This document shows, in pieces, positions 25,467 through 38,100 of a stretch of DNA of 64,000 nucleotides; the first letter of the stretch is position 1, and every line of letters begins with the position of its first letter. The DNA comes from Eukaryota sp. TZLM1-RC (taxonomy: Eukaryota; Protista; Metamonada: BaSk clade): the NCBI GenBank assembly GCA_040285825.1, contig JAUPSS010000005.1, positions 682,001 through 746,000 of the forward strand. The letters are read 5' to 3'. Both the position numbers and the translations under genes were made by a program. Under the pieces are notes generated by a model. That model made no database searches. It was not told where the DNA came from and was given only the letters and a program-made list of their open reading frames with translations.

Positions 25467-26219
25467 CTAGGACTCCCGATCTTCTTCTTCTAACAGCTGA
25501 CAGCAAACATTCAATATTTCGAAACAATCTTCCGTCTTGTTGTCTTCTTCAGAATCTTCTTCTGGACGACAACTTGCCAGGAAATCATACACTGCTATTA
25601 ATTTGTTTACACGCTCTTCAGTGAGTCTATTTCTACGCTTAGAATGAATCCAATCATGTAGACTCCACAATCTCTCAACTGCAGAAGCAGACACAAATTG
25701 GGACACCACTTGTAATGCCAATTTTTGAAGCTCAGGTGCGTCATAACCAAACTGCTGCCACCAGATCATAGCATTAAAATTTTCTTTCTCTTTTCCTGCT
25801 AATGATAAGGGCCTTCCAAAACTTGGGTGATTATTGAATCTTTGAAAAACAGAAAATTGACGCAGTAAATCTAGTGCCTTATCACTGTCGTAACTGGTAT
25901 TTTTTAACACAAAATCTTGAAACTTACTTATATCAAATAACCGTTCAGCAAAATTGAGTCTTTCAGGAAGATAATTTTTTGGGTTTAGCATCGCAGAAGC
26001 AACGTATAAATCGGTTATTAATTGACTGGTTCGGTCATCAAACGATGCAATGATGAGATTCTTCCTGTCATCGGTGATAATGCATGATCTCATCGGTACC
26101 GCATCCTTCGTTCCGACCCTCAGCTTGTATACAGAGTATTCGTGCAGGAACGTTGCAATACTCTCGGTATCGGCTTTGGTCAACTCAGGAATACAGTGGT
26201 TGGATTGATGGTGTTTCAT
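25467..26219 (-). CDS. Chimeric Gag::hAT ORF (intact copy)
   Basis: Same in-frame fusion, 250 aa from ATG. Confidence 0.7.
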   Translation of the reverse strand: MKHHQSNHCIPELTKADTESIATFLHEYSVYKLRVGTKDAVPMRSCIITDDRKNLIIASFDDRTSQLITDLYVASAMLNPKNYLPERLNFAERLFDISKFQDFVLKNTSYDSDKALDLLRQFSVFQRFNNHPSFGRPLSLAGKEKENFNAMIWWQQFGYDAPELQKLALQVVSQFVSASAVERLWSLHDWIHSKRRNRLTEERVNKLIAVYDFLASCRPEEDSEEDNKTEDCFEILNVCCQLLEEEDRES

Positions 26220-28384
26220 CAGTCTGCGATGGAGATACGGGGGGGGGATACAACAGTATACAGTAACGTTACTGTAGGTTAAGCGTACACACCTGATAAA
26301 GTAAAGGAAGATTTATGATAAACAGAGTTGCACCCCCAACGAAAATGCGTTTTTTTCGTCAGGGCTGCGTTTATATCAAATGAATATTCTAATTTGGATG
26401 AAATTCTGTACTATATGTAACAAATAAACACATTGTAACTATAATTTATTGTAAAACTAAAACACCAACAATAGATCAGTTCATTGCCTTAGAAACTAGG
26501 ACTCTCAATCTTCTTCTTCTAACAGCTGACAGCAAACATTCAATATTTCGAAACAATCTTCCGTCTTGTTGTCTTCTTCAGAATCTTCTTCTGGACGACA
26601 ACTTGCCAGGAAATCATACACTGCTATTAATTTGTTTTACACGCTCTTCAGTGAGTCTATTTCTACGCTTAGAATGAATCCAATCATGTAGACTCCACAA
26701 TCTCTCAACGGCAGAAGCAGACACAAATTGGGACACCACTTGTAATGCCAATTTTTTTGAAGCTCAGGTGCGTCATAACCAAACTGCTGCCACCAGATCA
26801 TAGCATTAAAAATTTTTCTTTCTCTTTTCCTGCTAATGATAAGGGCCTTCCAAAAACTTGTGTGATTATTGAATCTTTGAAAAACAGAAAAATTGACGCA
26901 GTAAATCTAGTGCCTTATCACTGTCGTAACTGGTATTTTTTAACACAAAATCTTGAAACTTACTTATATCAAATAACCGTTCAGCAAAATTGAGTCTTTC
27001 AGGAAGATAATTTTTTGGGTTTAGCATCGCAGAAGCAACGTATAAATCGGTTATTAATTGACTGGTTCGGTCATCAAACGATGCAATGATGAGATTCTTC
27101 CTCTCATCGGTGATAATGCATGATCTCATCGGTACCGCATCCTTCGTTCCGACCCTCAGCTTGTATACAGAGTATTCGTGCAGGAACGTTGCAATACTCT
27201 CGGTATCGGCTTTGGTCAACTCAGGAATACAGTGGTTGGATTGATGGTGTTTCATCAGTCTGCGATGGAGATACGGGGGATACAACAGTATACAGTAACG
27301 TTACTGTAGGTTAAGCGTACACACCTGATAAAGTAAAGGAAGATTTATGATAAACAGAGTTGCACCCCCAACGAAAATGCGTTTTTTTCGTCAGGGCTGC
27401 GTTTATATCAAATGAATATTCTAATTTGGATGAAATTCTGTACTATATGTAACAAATAAACACATTGTAACTATAATTTATTGTAAAACTAAAACACCAA
27501 CAATAGATCAGTTCATTGCCTTAGAAACTAGGACTCTCAATCTTCTTCTTCTAACAGCTGACAGCAAACATTCAATATTTCGAAACAATCTTCCGTCTTG
27601 TTGTCTTCTTCAGAATCTTCTTCTGGACGACAACTTGCCAGGAAATCATACACTGCTATTAATTTGTTTACACGCTCTTCAGTGAGTCTATTTCTACGCT
27701 TAGAATGAATCCAATCATGTAGACTCCACAATCTCTCAACGGCAGAAGCAGACACAAATTGGGACACCACTTGTAATGCCAATTTTTGAAGCTCAGGTGC
27801 GTCATAACCAAACTGCTGCCACCAGATCATAGCATTAAAATTTTCTTTCTCTCTTCCTGCTAATGATAAGGGCCTTCCAAAACTTGTGTGATTATTGAAT
27901 CTTTGAAAAAAACAGAAAAATTGACGCAGTAAATCTAGTGCCTTATCACTGTCGTAACTGGTATTTTTTTAACACAAAAATCTTGAAACTTACTTATATC
28001 AAATAACCGTTCAGCAAAATTGAGTCTTTCAGGAAGATAATTTTTTGGGTTTAGCATCGCAGAAGCAACGTATAAATCGGTTATTAATTGACTGGTTCGG
28101 TCATCAAACGATGCAATGATGAGATTCTTCCTCTCATCGGTGATAATGCATGATCTCATCGGTACCGCATCCTTCGTTCCGACCCTCAGCTTGTATACAG
28201 AGTATTCGTGCAGGAACGTTGCAATACTCTCGGTATCGGCTTTGGTCAACTCAGGAATACAGTGGTTGGATTGATGGTGTTTCATCAGTCTGCGATGGAG
28301 ATACGGGGGATACAACAGTATACAGTAACGTTACTGTAGGTTAAGCGTACACACCTGATAAAGTAAAGGAAGATTTATGATAAA

Positions 28385-30045
28385 CAGAGTTGCACCCCCA
28401 ACGAAAATGCGTTTTTTTCGTCAGGGCTGCGTTTATATCAAATGAATATTCTAATTTGGATGAAATTCTGTACTATATGTAACAAATAAACACATTGTAA
28501 CTATAATTTATTGTAAAACTAAAACACCAACAATAGATCAGTTCATTGCCTTTGAAACTAGGACTCTCAATCTTCTTCTTCTAACAGCTGACAGCAAACA
28601 TTCAAAATTTCGAAACAATCTTCCGTCTTGTTGTCTTCTTCAGAATCTTCTTCTGGACGACAACTTGCCAGGAAATCATACACTGCTATTAATTTGTTTA
28701 CACGCTCTTCAGTGAGTCTATTTCTACGCTTAGAATGAATCCAATCATGTAGACTCCACAATCTCTCAGCTGCAGAAGCAGACACAAATTGGGACACCAC
28801 TTGTAATGCCAATTTTTGAAGCTCAGGTGCGTCATAACCAAACTGCTGCCACCATATCATAGCATTAAAATTTTCTTTCTCTCTTCCTGCTAATGATAAG
28901 AGCCTTCCAAAACTTGTGTGATTATTGAATCTTTGAAAAACAGAAAATTGACGCAGTAAATCTAGTGCCTTATCACTGTCGTAACTGGTATTTTTTAACA
29001 CAAAATCTTGAAACTTACTTATATCAAATAACCGTTCAGCAAAATTGAGTCTTTCAGGAAGATAATTTTTTGGGTTTAGCATCGCAGAAGCAACGTATAA
29101 ATCGGTTATTAATTGACTGGTTCGGTCATCAAACGATGCAATGATGAGATTCTTCCTCTCATCGGTGTTAATGATCCCATCATAATTAATCATTTCAATT
29201 TTAGCCTTTTCTATCAATTAAAGAATTTCTGCGGACAATGGCGTATTACAATCAAATAGTGTTAACAACTACAAAACTGGATAGCAACACTTATAAATTT
29301 CTTCAAACTCCAACCAAAGTGAAATACCATGTAACACTGTGCTCCATTGGTCTGCCGTGTTCCTGAGTGTACTTGATAATCGGCTTCTCCTTTCAGAATA
29401 GCTTTCCCCTTCAAAAATACTGATTATACTATCTTTCGCACCAAGTAAGCTTTCCAAAAGTATCCAGTTGGTGGCAAACCTGGTGTCCCCTGGTGTAGAC
29501 AATGAGCGACCACCATTGTTTCTCAAGACATCATAAAGTAACTGGTGGTTCTTGAGGAACATTACTAACTCAACAGCTCTTCTTATGATGTCTCGCACAA
29601 AAGGTAGTTTGTACACATCTTTAAAGAAATTCGAAAGCAGATGACATGTACAGAAGTTGTAAGAGATGCTTGGATTCTCCGACTGGATCCTGTTTCCAGC
29701 ATTTACATAAGCAGAACCTTGGTCAGTCACGATGTTGACGACTTTTCCTTTTAATTCACTGATTTCCTGTTCTAAAACCTCTTTCAGGTAGTCACCATTT
29801 TGTGACACGGCATCGTTATGGACTGTTTTCAAATGTATTACCGAGTTACCTGTTGATTCCATGTTACCAATCAATGAATGTTTTGACACTGAGGTGAACG
29901 AGTCTGCCATTACTGTGCATCCAATATCAGAAATGTTGTCATTGGCTGCTTTTCTTTCTGTGACTGCATCTTTGTAACGGTTATCGAGCATGGTGGTACG
30001 CAAAGCATTATAACCGATTTTTTGGACAGATGGGCCTGCTGCTGC
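28385..30045 (-). mobile_element. 5'-truncated hAT transposon, donor of the array's hAT part
   Basis: DUF659-like TVMADSFTS, IVTDQGS, CTCH, TRFATN (29269-30003) and dimerization domain (28567-29217); stop/frameshift between them. Confidence 0.9.
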
Positions 30046-30849
30046 AAGGGTGAAATTGAAACTTAGGGACCAACAAGATCAGTATTTATTTAATTTTGAC
30101 AATGTAACAAGTCTCAGTAGCACAATAGCTCTTTAAACGCCTGATATTGGGTCAGTGATTGTTCAAGAATAGTTAACAGTAACCGAAAATACAAAGTCTA
30201 TCTCATCAGGTGGTTACAAAGCCTGTGTTGGTTTGATCCGCTCTTCGCAATTATAAAGATCAAAGATGCTATCCATACTGTTTTCCTTGATTTGAGCGCT
30301 GTTTACCATTATAACTCTGCAGCTAGTTTTTCTATTCATTCATGGAGCTGTATATGAGCTTCTTCAATTTCCCTTGACAGGTTACGTCGTTTACCGCCTC
30401 ATCAATATTCCGTCCAAATACACAAATATCAATATTCTATTTGTTGAAACTTAGTGGTTGGGTTACTTGAGAGCAGTTGTAAACGACATTGGATAAACTC
30501 ACCACTGAGACCCAGTTCTCCTTGAATTTATAAACACTTTAATCATTGGGAAGACCCAAAACCAGTTTTAGGACCAATGTCTCTTCTTCAACATACCCAC
30601 ACACACCTACCAATTGTTGTTACAAAGGCTGATCAAAACGCTTGTTGTTCAGAATTGGAGCAGAAATTCCTCAACTGGATTTTGAAATGTGGCCACTTCA
30701 CCAATGATTTCTTATAATGTTTGCTATCCGATCACAAAGGTTTGAATTTTCTTATTCTACACAAAATTTCCCTCATCACTATTTCAAAGTTATATTGAAC
30801 ATCATATTTTCAAGAAACAGGAGTGACATTTACAGCTTAAGACTAATTT

Positions 30850-31310
30850 TTTAATTAATTTGGACATATTTTTGATTTTCCAACAATACGGACAAAAATG
30901 TGAACAAGATCCACACCTTTTTCCAAAACCATCTATTGCAATATTGTAATAAAGGCCATGGATACAATCTGAGTGTGGATGAAAAAAATTCTGTCAAGTG
31001 TTTTCTTGAAAAACAAGACCAAACAAGATTCATCTTCGTCTACTAAAACCAATCTTGCGGAAGAACTGGCCAAAGTCACTGCTAACTCTTCTTCTTCCCA
31101 GTCAATAGACCTCTCATTCGTACCAGCAACTTCAACTGTTGTTGAACGTCTTTTTAGAAGGGCTAAGTTAACGGATGGATGTTTAAGAACATGACTAAAT
31201 ACTGAGTCTTCAGAAATTCAACTCTTTCTTCTCTATAACCGCAAGCAATGGGATGAAGCCACAGTGAGGACTATCGTAAATAGCCGTCCTTATTACAATG
31301 TTAGAGAGTG
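30850..31310 (+). mobile_element. hAT transposase C-terminal remnant
   Basis: FVPATSTVVERLFRRAK...LFLLYNRKQW. Confidence 0.6.
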
Positions 31311-32772
31311 ATTGTTTGTGTTCTATAAAGCCTGTTTTGCATGTAGATGGGAGTGATCAAATAAACCTATTATTATTACTAATCTATTAGTCTCAATGTG
31401 TTGTAAGCAATATTAACTGCAATATATTACAATAAAACAATATATTTATTGCTGAACTTGTGTCCTCTAGACACCCAATAAAGATCCTTGGTAGCAGATT
31501 CCAACACAAAACCAGGACCATAGATCCTACACGCACAGAGTCTTTACTGAATCTTCCCAGACCTAAGACTGTGAAAGACGCCCGTAGCCTTATCGGCTCA
31601 GTCAACTTCATTAGGGAATGGCTTCCAAGCATGTTGCCCCGATCATCAAATTAACACATGGCAAACCACGTCGCTTGCAGTGGAAAGACACTCACGACTA
31701 CCATTTAGCCGAAATCAAACGCCTGATCGCGGAGCATATGCCTCTCAACCTACCTCCGGTGGATAACCAAGTACTAATTAGTTGTGATGCCTCTGATATA
31801 GCAGTTGGCGGCGTGATTTGGGAACAAATAGAACCCACTAAGGACCCTGGAACTTCCTTACTCAATAGCAAATGTAGACCAATCAGCTTCTTCAGCAGCT
31901 TGTTGACTAACTCCCAGCAGAACTGGCCCACGGAACAGAAAGAGCTTTATGCTATCCTTCTCATGCTTACCGAAAGTGGCTTCGAGAACTACCTCAAAGG
32001 AAGGCGTCTGATCATTTTCACAGATCACCAAAACCTTACTTACATGCTTACCGCTCCGAACAAAAACAGAATAGTCAGAAGGTGGCTTCCCATCTATTCT
32101 GAGTTCCTATTCGACATAGTTCATACAAAAGGGGAAGAGAACCATTGGGCAGACATGCTATCTAGGATAGTACCGCACCAAGACAATCATACCATCAACC
32201 ATCTGGTACATTCTAATGACCAAGAGTTTCACCCTATCTACTACACAAATAGGATTGACGAAACTGAGTCAGAGAGATGCTTCGTTGAAGATCTCCATAC
32301 ATTTGAGAAGGTGCTCATCCTTCAAGACAAATGCTCCAATGACCTTCCACTCTTCGAGCCATGGCTCTGCAAGATCAGGTCCGAACAAAAGCGAGCCCTC
32401 GCTAACCAGGACACCTCGTTTAACAACTGTACTTTGGATAGTCGTCTAGATCTTTATCTGACTCCAGAGCACAAGATCGTGATTCCTCAATCACTGGTTA
32501 CGGATACGCTTAACCTTCTACATGGACTCCCGCAAGGTGGCCACCCCAGTAAGGCAGAAAGTCTCCTCAGACTCAAGAACAGCGACTACTGGTGGCCTAA
32601 CATGCTTTCAGACATGACCAAGCACGTCCAAGAATGCCCCTCCTGTCAGAAGACAGCAGCAGTCCCCAAACTGCATGTCCCTACAACTGGTTCCTTGTGG
32701 GCTGACAGACCATTCGCAAGAGTTAACGTCGACGTCATTGATCCTCTTCCAGAAGATCAAGACGGCCACAGA

Positions 32773-34962
32773 CAGGGATGACTAAAGTGGTCCAAAAAAT
32801 GAAATGAAAGTACTTTATTTACTTTAAGCTTTACTTTAAACTTTAACCTTTAAGCTCTAAAATTGGCTAAAGTGGTATAAAGTAGTGAACGCTTCTTTCT
32901 TTACTCTCCACCCCTTTCTCACTTCATTTTTCTTATATATTTTCTTTTGTTAATGATTTCACTCCCTTGTGAGGCTTGGAAGAATGTCTGTCAAGTCAAC
33001 GAAGTTGTTTCAAAGACTTGTGGGCGTTTTCAATGTCTATTATGCGATGAGGTCTATTCTGTCAACCGATGGGCTATGGAAGGGCATTATGTACCTGACC
33101 TACTACCTAAAAGACTTTTAGTGAAGGTCTCCCTCTAACGAAAGTTAGTAGTGGAACATTGCTACAAGACTTGATAGATAAATCAGTTGAGCATTTTAAG
33201 TTATATGGACAAGTTTTTCAATTACCTTCTTACACCAAATTACAGTCATCTGTGGGACCACGAGTGGTCATTAGTGTAAAAGACGGAATTAAAAAACAAC
33301 TCACCCAACACAAATTGACAGGATTTTGCCTGGCAATAGATGGTTCTGAAGTAAATGGCAATTCTTTAATCAATTTTTGTTTGATTGCTCCAGGGAAATC
33401 AATTTTCTGGAAAGCTGTCGATGCGGAGACCAATCGAAAGAATGAAACATATCTTACCAATTTATTTGAAACCACAATTCAAGAAATCGGCCCTGATTTG
33501 GTCAATTGTGTGATAACTGATGCAGCTCCAAATTATCTTAATGCTGCCAATAATTTATTCAATATGGTAAAAGTCAAAGGACTCAGGTGTGCAATTCACA
33601 CTTTGAATTCCTTTATGAAAGATATTTTAGAAGTGAATTCACAATTCAAGATAGACTCTATATGCCAGTTGATCGTACCTGCCATTAAAGTCGTTACGTT
33701 CGTTCTAAAACCATTTATTAAGAAGCTCATGCGAAAAGTTTCTACAACAAAGAAGTTGAAACGAATAGCCACTACAAGGTTCTATACACATTTTCTTGTG
33801 TTGGAAAGAGTAGTTGAGCTTTATCCATTTATAGCCCATACCTTGACTCATGAAGAGTATGTCCGATGGCTATCCTTCCCCGAACAACGGGGTTTACGTC
33901 AGGAATCCTGTGACGTAAAGCGAATTTTAGCCAATGAAAACTATTGGACAAAAGTGGAAAAATTGGTGGACTTCATGAAACCACTTGTCAATATCATGCA
34001 AAGAATTGATAGTTTGACACCAATTATGGGCAAACTGTATCGCTATCTACAAATGGAAAAAGAAAGAATGGATCTCACTCAACTATCATTTATATCAGAA
34101 GAAGAACACAGTCTACTTCTTCAGAGATTTGAATTCAGAATTTTGCAAATCTTCAACGACTATCATCGGGCGGCTTTTTGTTTGGATCCTGAATTTAGGG
34201 ATTTAATTACAGAACAACAATTTCAAGAGTGTCGTGATGCTTTGTTTCGAGTGACTGAAGAACAATTTGGACGGGCAAAAAAGGCAGACATCATTCATCA
34301 ATGGTCTTGTTATGTTGCAGGGTCAGATTTATTCGAACACGGTGAACTATTCAACATAGCTTCCAGAATGGCAGCACATGAATGGTGGTATGTTCATGGC
34401 GGTAACACTGAGCTATCTAACCTGGCAGTGAGACTGTTAAGTATGGTGACATCAACCTCAGAAGCTGAAAGAAACTGGTCGGACTTTCGTATTGTATGTA
34501 CACAAGAAAGAAACAAAATGAAAAGTCAGAGGGCAACAGATAGTGTGATGGTGAAGCATTACGTCAGAGGAGGAAGAAGTAGTTCAAAGAAGTATTGGGA
34601 CTGGCTGAATGGTGCAGATGTCCCCAATGAACCTGATGAGTTGGAAGTAAGTAGCGGGGTGTCATCCGATGAAGATGTAATTGAGATCCATGAGTAGAAG
34701 AGTGTTGGTGCTCATCCACCACATACTTAATTTTTCAATCAGTTTTTGATGAGTTTCTGAATAAATGTTAAGTTTTGTTATCTTATGGTGAATTGAAAAG
34801 TTACCTTACTTGAAGAGGATTTCGTAAATAGAATGTTCTCTATTAAAATGTACAACATGTTTGTCAAACCAAATAATGATGACTCTACTTTATCAAAAAA
34901 AGATTCTTTAAAGTAAAGTAAAGTAAAGTGCTTAAAGTACTTTACCACTTTAGTTATCCCTG
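32773..34962 (+). mobile_element. hAT DNA transposon with both ends intact
   Basis: 19-bp TIR CAGGGAT(G/A)ACTAAAGTGGT; 8-bp TSD GCCA(C/A)AGA; AAAGTA/TACTTT subterminal repeats; BED-finger fragment (W..CLLC..H) at 32947-33090. Confidence 0.95.
33159..34697 (+). CDS. hAT transposase core (DUF659 + dimerization domain); true 5' end uncertain
   Basis: LAIDGS, VITDAA, CAIH, TRF, LDP, WW...STSEAERNWS..ERNKM. Confidence 0.9.
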   Translation: MLQDLIDKSVEHFKLYGQVFQLPSYTKLQSSVGPRVVISVKDGIKKQLTQHKLTGFCLAIDGSEVNGNSLINFCLIAPGKSIFWKAVDAETNRKNETYLTNLFETTIQEIGPDLVNCVITDAAPNYLNAANNLFNMVKVKGLRCAIHTLNSFMKDILEVNSQFKIDSICQLIVPAIKVVTFVLKPFIKKLMRKVSTTKKLKRIATTRFYTHFLVLERVVELYPFIAHTLTHEEYVRWLSFPEQRGLRQESCDVKRILANENYWTKVEKLVDFMKPLVNIMQRIDSLTPIMGKLYRYLQMEKERMDLTQLSFISEEEHSLLLQRFEFRILQIFNDYHRAAFCLDPEFRDLITEQQFQECRDALFRVTEEQFGRAKKADIIHQWSCYVAGSDLFEHGELFNIASRMAAHEWWYVHGGNTELSNLAVRLLSMVTSTSEAERNWSDFRIVCTQERNKMKSQRATDSVMVKHYVRGGRSSSKKYWDWLNGADVPNEPDELEVSSGVSSDEDVIEIHE

Positions 34963-35170
34963 GCCAAAGATACATTCTTGTATTTGTGGATAGCTTCACG
35001 AGGTTCACTATCATAGTCCCTCTCAAAGAACTCAACGCCAACCTTACTGCTGACGCTCTCATATGGAAGGTATGCGCGATATTCGGGATCCCGTTCATAG
35101 TTCATAGTGACAACGGTCCTGAGTTCTCTAAAGCTGTCTTCGACGCTCTATGTGAGTCTTTGGGCATAGA

Positions 35171-38100
35171 TGTTAGTTTAGATTGTAGAAAATGACTTGT
35201 GTACTTAATTTATTGTACTTTTCTTTCCTCACTGTCATTGGGGTTCTTTCCTAATAAAAGGTTCTCCCCATTCCATCTACAAAAATGCGCATAAACCCAA
35301 CAGTACGTACTGTGGCCCTTCCAGATGGAAGACACAGTGAAAACCCATCCTCTCAACTATTTACCGCAGCACCACTCTTATCCGGAACATCCCGTCACGA
35401 GTGCCTTAAGTTTCTCCAAGAACTGAGAACCTATGCTGCCCGCTTCCTGTCCGCCGAAGAAGAAGTCATTGCCGACCGAAGCGACGAGGAAGACGAAGAA
35501 GAAGAAGATGAGCATATTGATGCCACGCCTTCGTCCTTCCCCCGTACACACTACACAAACCCTGTATCTCAATTCACTCCCATCGTAAGAAACGACTCCG
35601 TTCCTTCCTCATTACGCCATCTCGCTAGCATTATAAGAAAATACATCCACCCACGAATCCTTCAAGCTCTGCCTATCCTTCATGCCGCCGCTGCTGAAGA
35701 CGACGATGAACTCTTGGCATGGGTTCATTCTAACTCTCTCATTCATGACGAAGCCTTAGCCGACCGCCTCCTCGCTAAGTTATCCATGAATACCAAAATC
35801 AAAGAACCACTACTCAGACTCTCAGACTATGTAATTCGTTTCCAAGAATTACAAGACCAACTTTCCCTTCACACATACAAAGAAGACTTTCCTCTCGAAT
35901 GTTTCATCAAAGGTCTTTCTCTCCTCTCTCTGTCTCTCAACGTGTACTCTCCTCCTTCCAAAATGGAAGACTCTCCAACCTAGAAGAAATTGTTGAAGCC
36001 TGTAAGCAAGTTTATGCCTCTCTCAACTTATCTTATACTCTCTCTCCCTCATCCTCCTCGTTCTCTCCAAGAAACAACTCTCGAAACTACAACCAATTCT
36101 CTCATCATTCTCATCATTCCTCTCCTTTCTGTACCTTCTGTAAAACCTATGGACACACTATCTCTCATTGTCCTGACCCTTCCTGCCGTATTTCACGTAA
36201 CTTTAGATCTCGTCCTCTCTCAACTCCTCACTCCTCTCGTCATTCTCGTCATCAACAACAACCTCCTCGTTATCAACATCAGTCTACTTCTCAATCCAAC
36301 TTCAACAACTCTCAACGCTATGAATCCACTCCTCCTCGTCCTGCTTCTCGTATCCCTCACCAAAGTCTAGCTCAAAATGGTGAACGCCAACCTCCTCAAC
36401 GCCAATCCAGAAACAACCAAAGAAAATTCAAGTCTTTCCAACCTACCATCAACAAACGTCATGCTACCAGATCTCAGAATCAAGTCAATGCCATAGATAT
36501 CCCTGAACCTGAAATTCTCAATATTCCTCTTTCAGTCATTAATGATTGTCAGAGCAATTCTAATGATGAGTTACTCCTCATCCAAGGAGTTAACACTTCC
36601 CTCGAAAAATCATCAAAAGATCCTATTTATACCCCTAGATCTCATACTCAAACTCCTAAGACTCTCTCTCATTCTCAAACCTCTATTACTCCCAAACTAC
36701 CCTCTTTCTTATACTACAACTTACTTGCCAATGGTCATCCAATCAAAGCCACTATTGATACTGCTGCTAAAACTACCTGTATCACTATGGATTTAGCCAA
36801 ACTTGCTAACTTAGAAATCAAGTCCGAAAAACTACCTATATACCTGGCCAATCAAGAAGTTATATATGCTCCTGGTCTAGCAATCGGAACTCTCACGTTT
36901 AAGTTCGAAGGTCCAGCAAAAGTCCTTCATGTCAAAACTACCATGCCTATTCTACCTGGCAAGAATCAACTGTTGTTAGGTTGTGATGTGCTGAAGAAAT
37001 TAGGCCTAATGACTAACTCCGGAATCATCATACGTTTGAACGAAGAACATACGAAGTTCTTAAGTGCTAAAGTTTTTTTCCACCACCATATTGTCCCTGC
37101 TCCTGCTCCTGCTATCTACCCAAAGCCTACTGAAATCTGCCATATAACCAACGACCATTCTTCCTTATCCCAATTCAAAACTACCCTTGCAAATAAAGGT
37201 ACCCGTGTAGAACTACCTCCTGCTGAAGCTGAATTAATTATTCAACAACTTCATGAATTCGAAGCTGTATTTGCTGACGACCCCCATCCCTTAGGTATTG
37301 GTTGCCCAGCTATGGAAATTCCTTTTATCGATGAATCAAAGAAAGTTTGCAAACCTGCACGATTTTTATCTCCTGAGAAACTTAAAATAGCCAATGATGA
37401 ATTTGACTCCCTTATTGAAAAAGGTTATGCTGTCCCTAATATTACTGACTGGTCTTCTCCTATTTGTCTTGTTGTCCTCCCAAACAAAGCACCTAGATTA
37501 ACAGGTGATTACTCTGGTAAAGATGGAGTAAATGATCTCTCCGTTACCATTGAAGCTAACTTACCAAGAATTGCTGATGTTCTAACTTTCTTAAGCTCTG
37601 CTAAATATATCGCCACTCTTGATTTGCCCAAAGCCTTTTGGCAAATGAACTTGGCTCCTGAAGATCAACATAAAACCGCTCTTAGTATCCCTGGAAGATC
37701 GATAATGTTTACTCGTGCTGCCTTTGGTCCCAAAAATGTTCCTGCTGTATTTCAGAAATTGATGAACGAATTCTTTAAGATGGACGGTGTATTCATCTAT
37801 ATTGACGATATTATTATTTGCTCTAACTCTATATCTGATTTCTCTTCAAAAATTCGAAAAGTTTTAAAAATTGCTAGAAAGAAACGTGTTCGTTTCGGCT
37901 TGAAGAAATGTGAATTCTTAACTTACAAAAGCCAAATTAAAATTTTAGGATGTTTATTTCAAAATCACCGCAGATTTATTTGTCCCTCTCGTATTAATGC
38001 TCTCTCTCGTTTACCAAGACCCAAAACTGTTGCTGAAGTAAGAAGTTTTGTTGGTAGTGTAAACTTTATACGTGACTGGTTGCCAAATCTCTCATCTATC

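Larger units (their letters stand above)
20941..29173 (-). repeat. Tandem array of 8 units of ~1024-1034 bp (gag 5' end + partial LTR + hAT 3' end)
   Basis: hAT terminus CAGAGTTGCA at 21184, 22209, 23233, 24260, 25294, 26323, 27355 and 28385; units nearly identical. Confidence 0.97.

Noticed and set aside
26500-28000. Phase-variable switching of the fusion ORFs by homopolymer indels
   Set aside because: Clustered single-base homopolymer insertions in two units look like long-read consensus errors; cannot be supported without reads.
20941-29173. CRISPR-like array, or plus-strand ORFs (MISSVPHP...) as genes
   Set aside because: Units are fully repeated with no variable spacers; the short plus-strand ORFs are antisense shadows of gag.
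30045-30850. Unassigned insert truncating the hAT 5' end
   Set aside because: All frames are broken and I recognise no motif or terminal repeat pair.
35899-35983. Programmed gag-pol frameshift
   Set aside because: The shift falls inside gag in a CT-rich tract; removing 2 nt restores FIKGLSPLSVSQR, so slippage or sequencing error is more likely.
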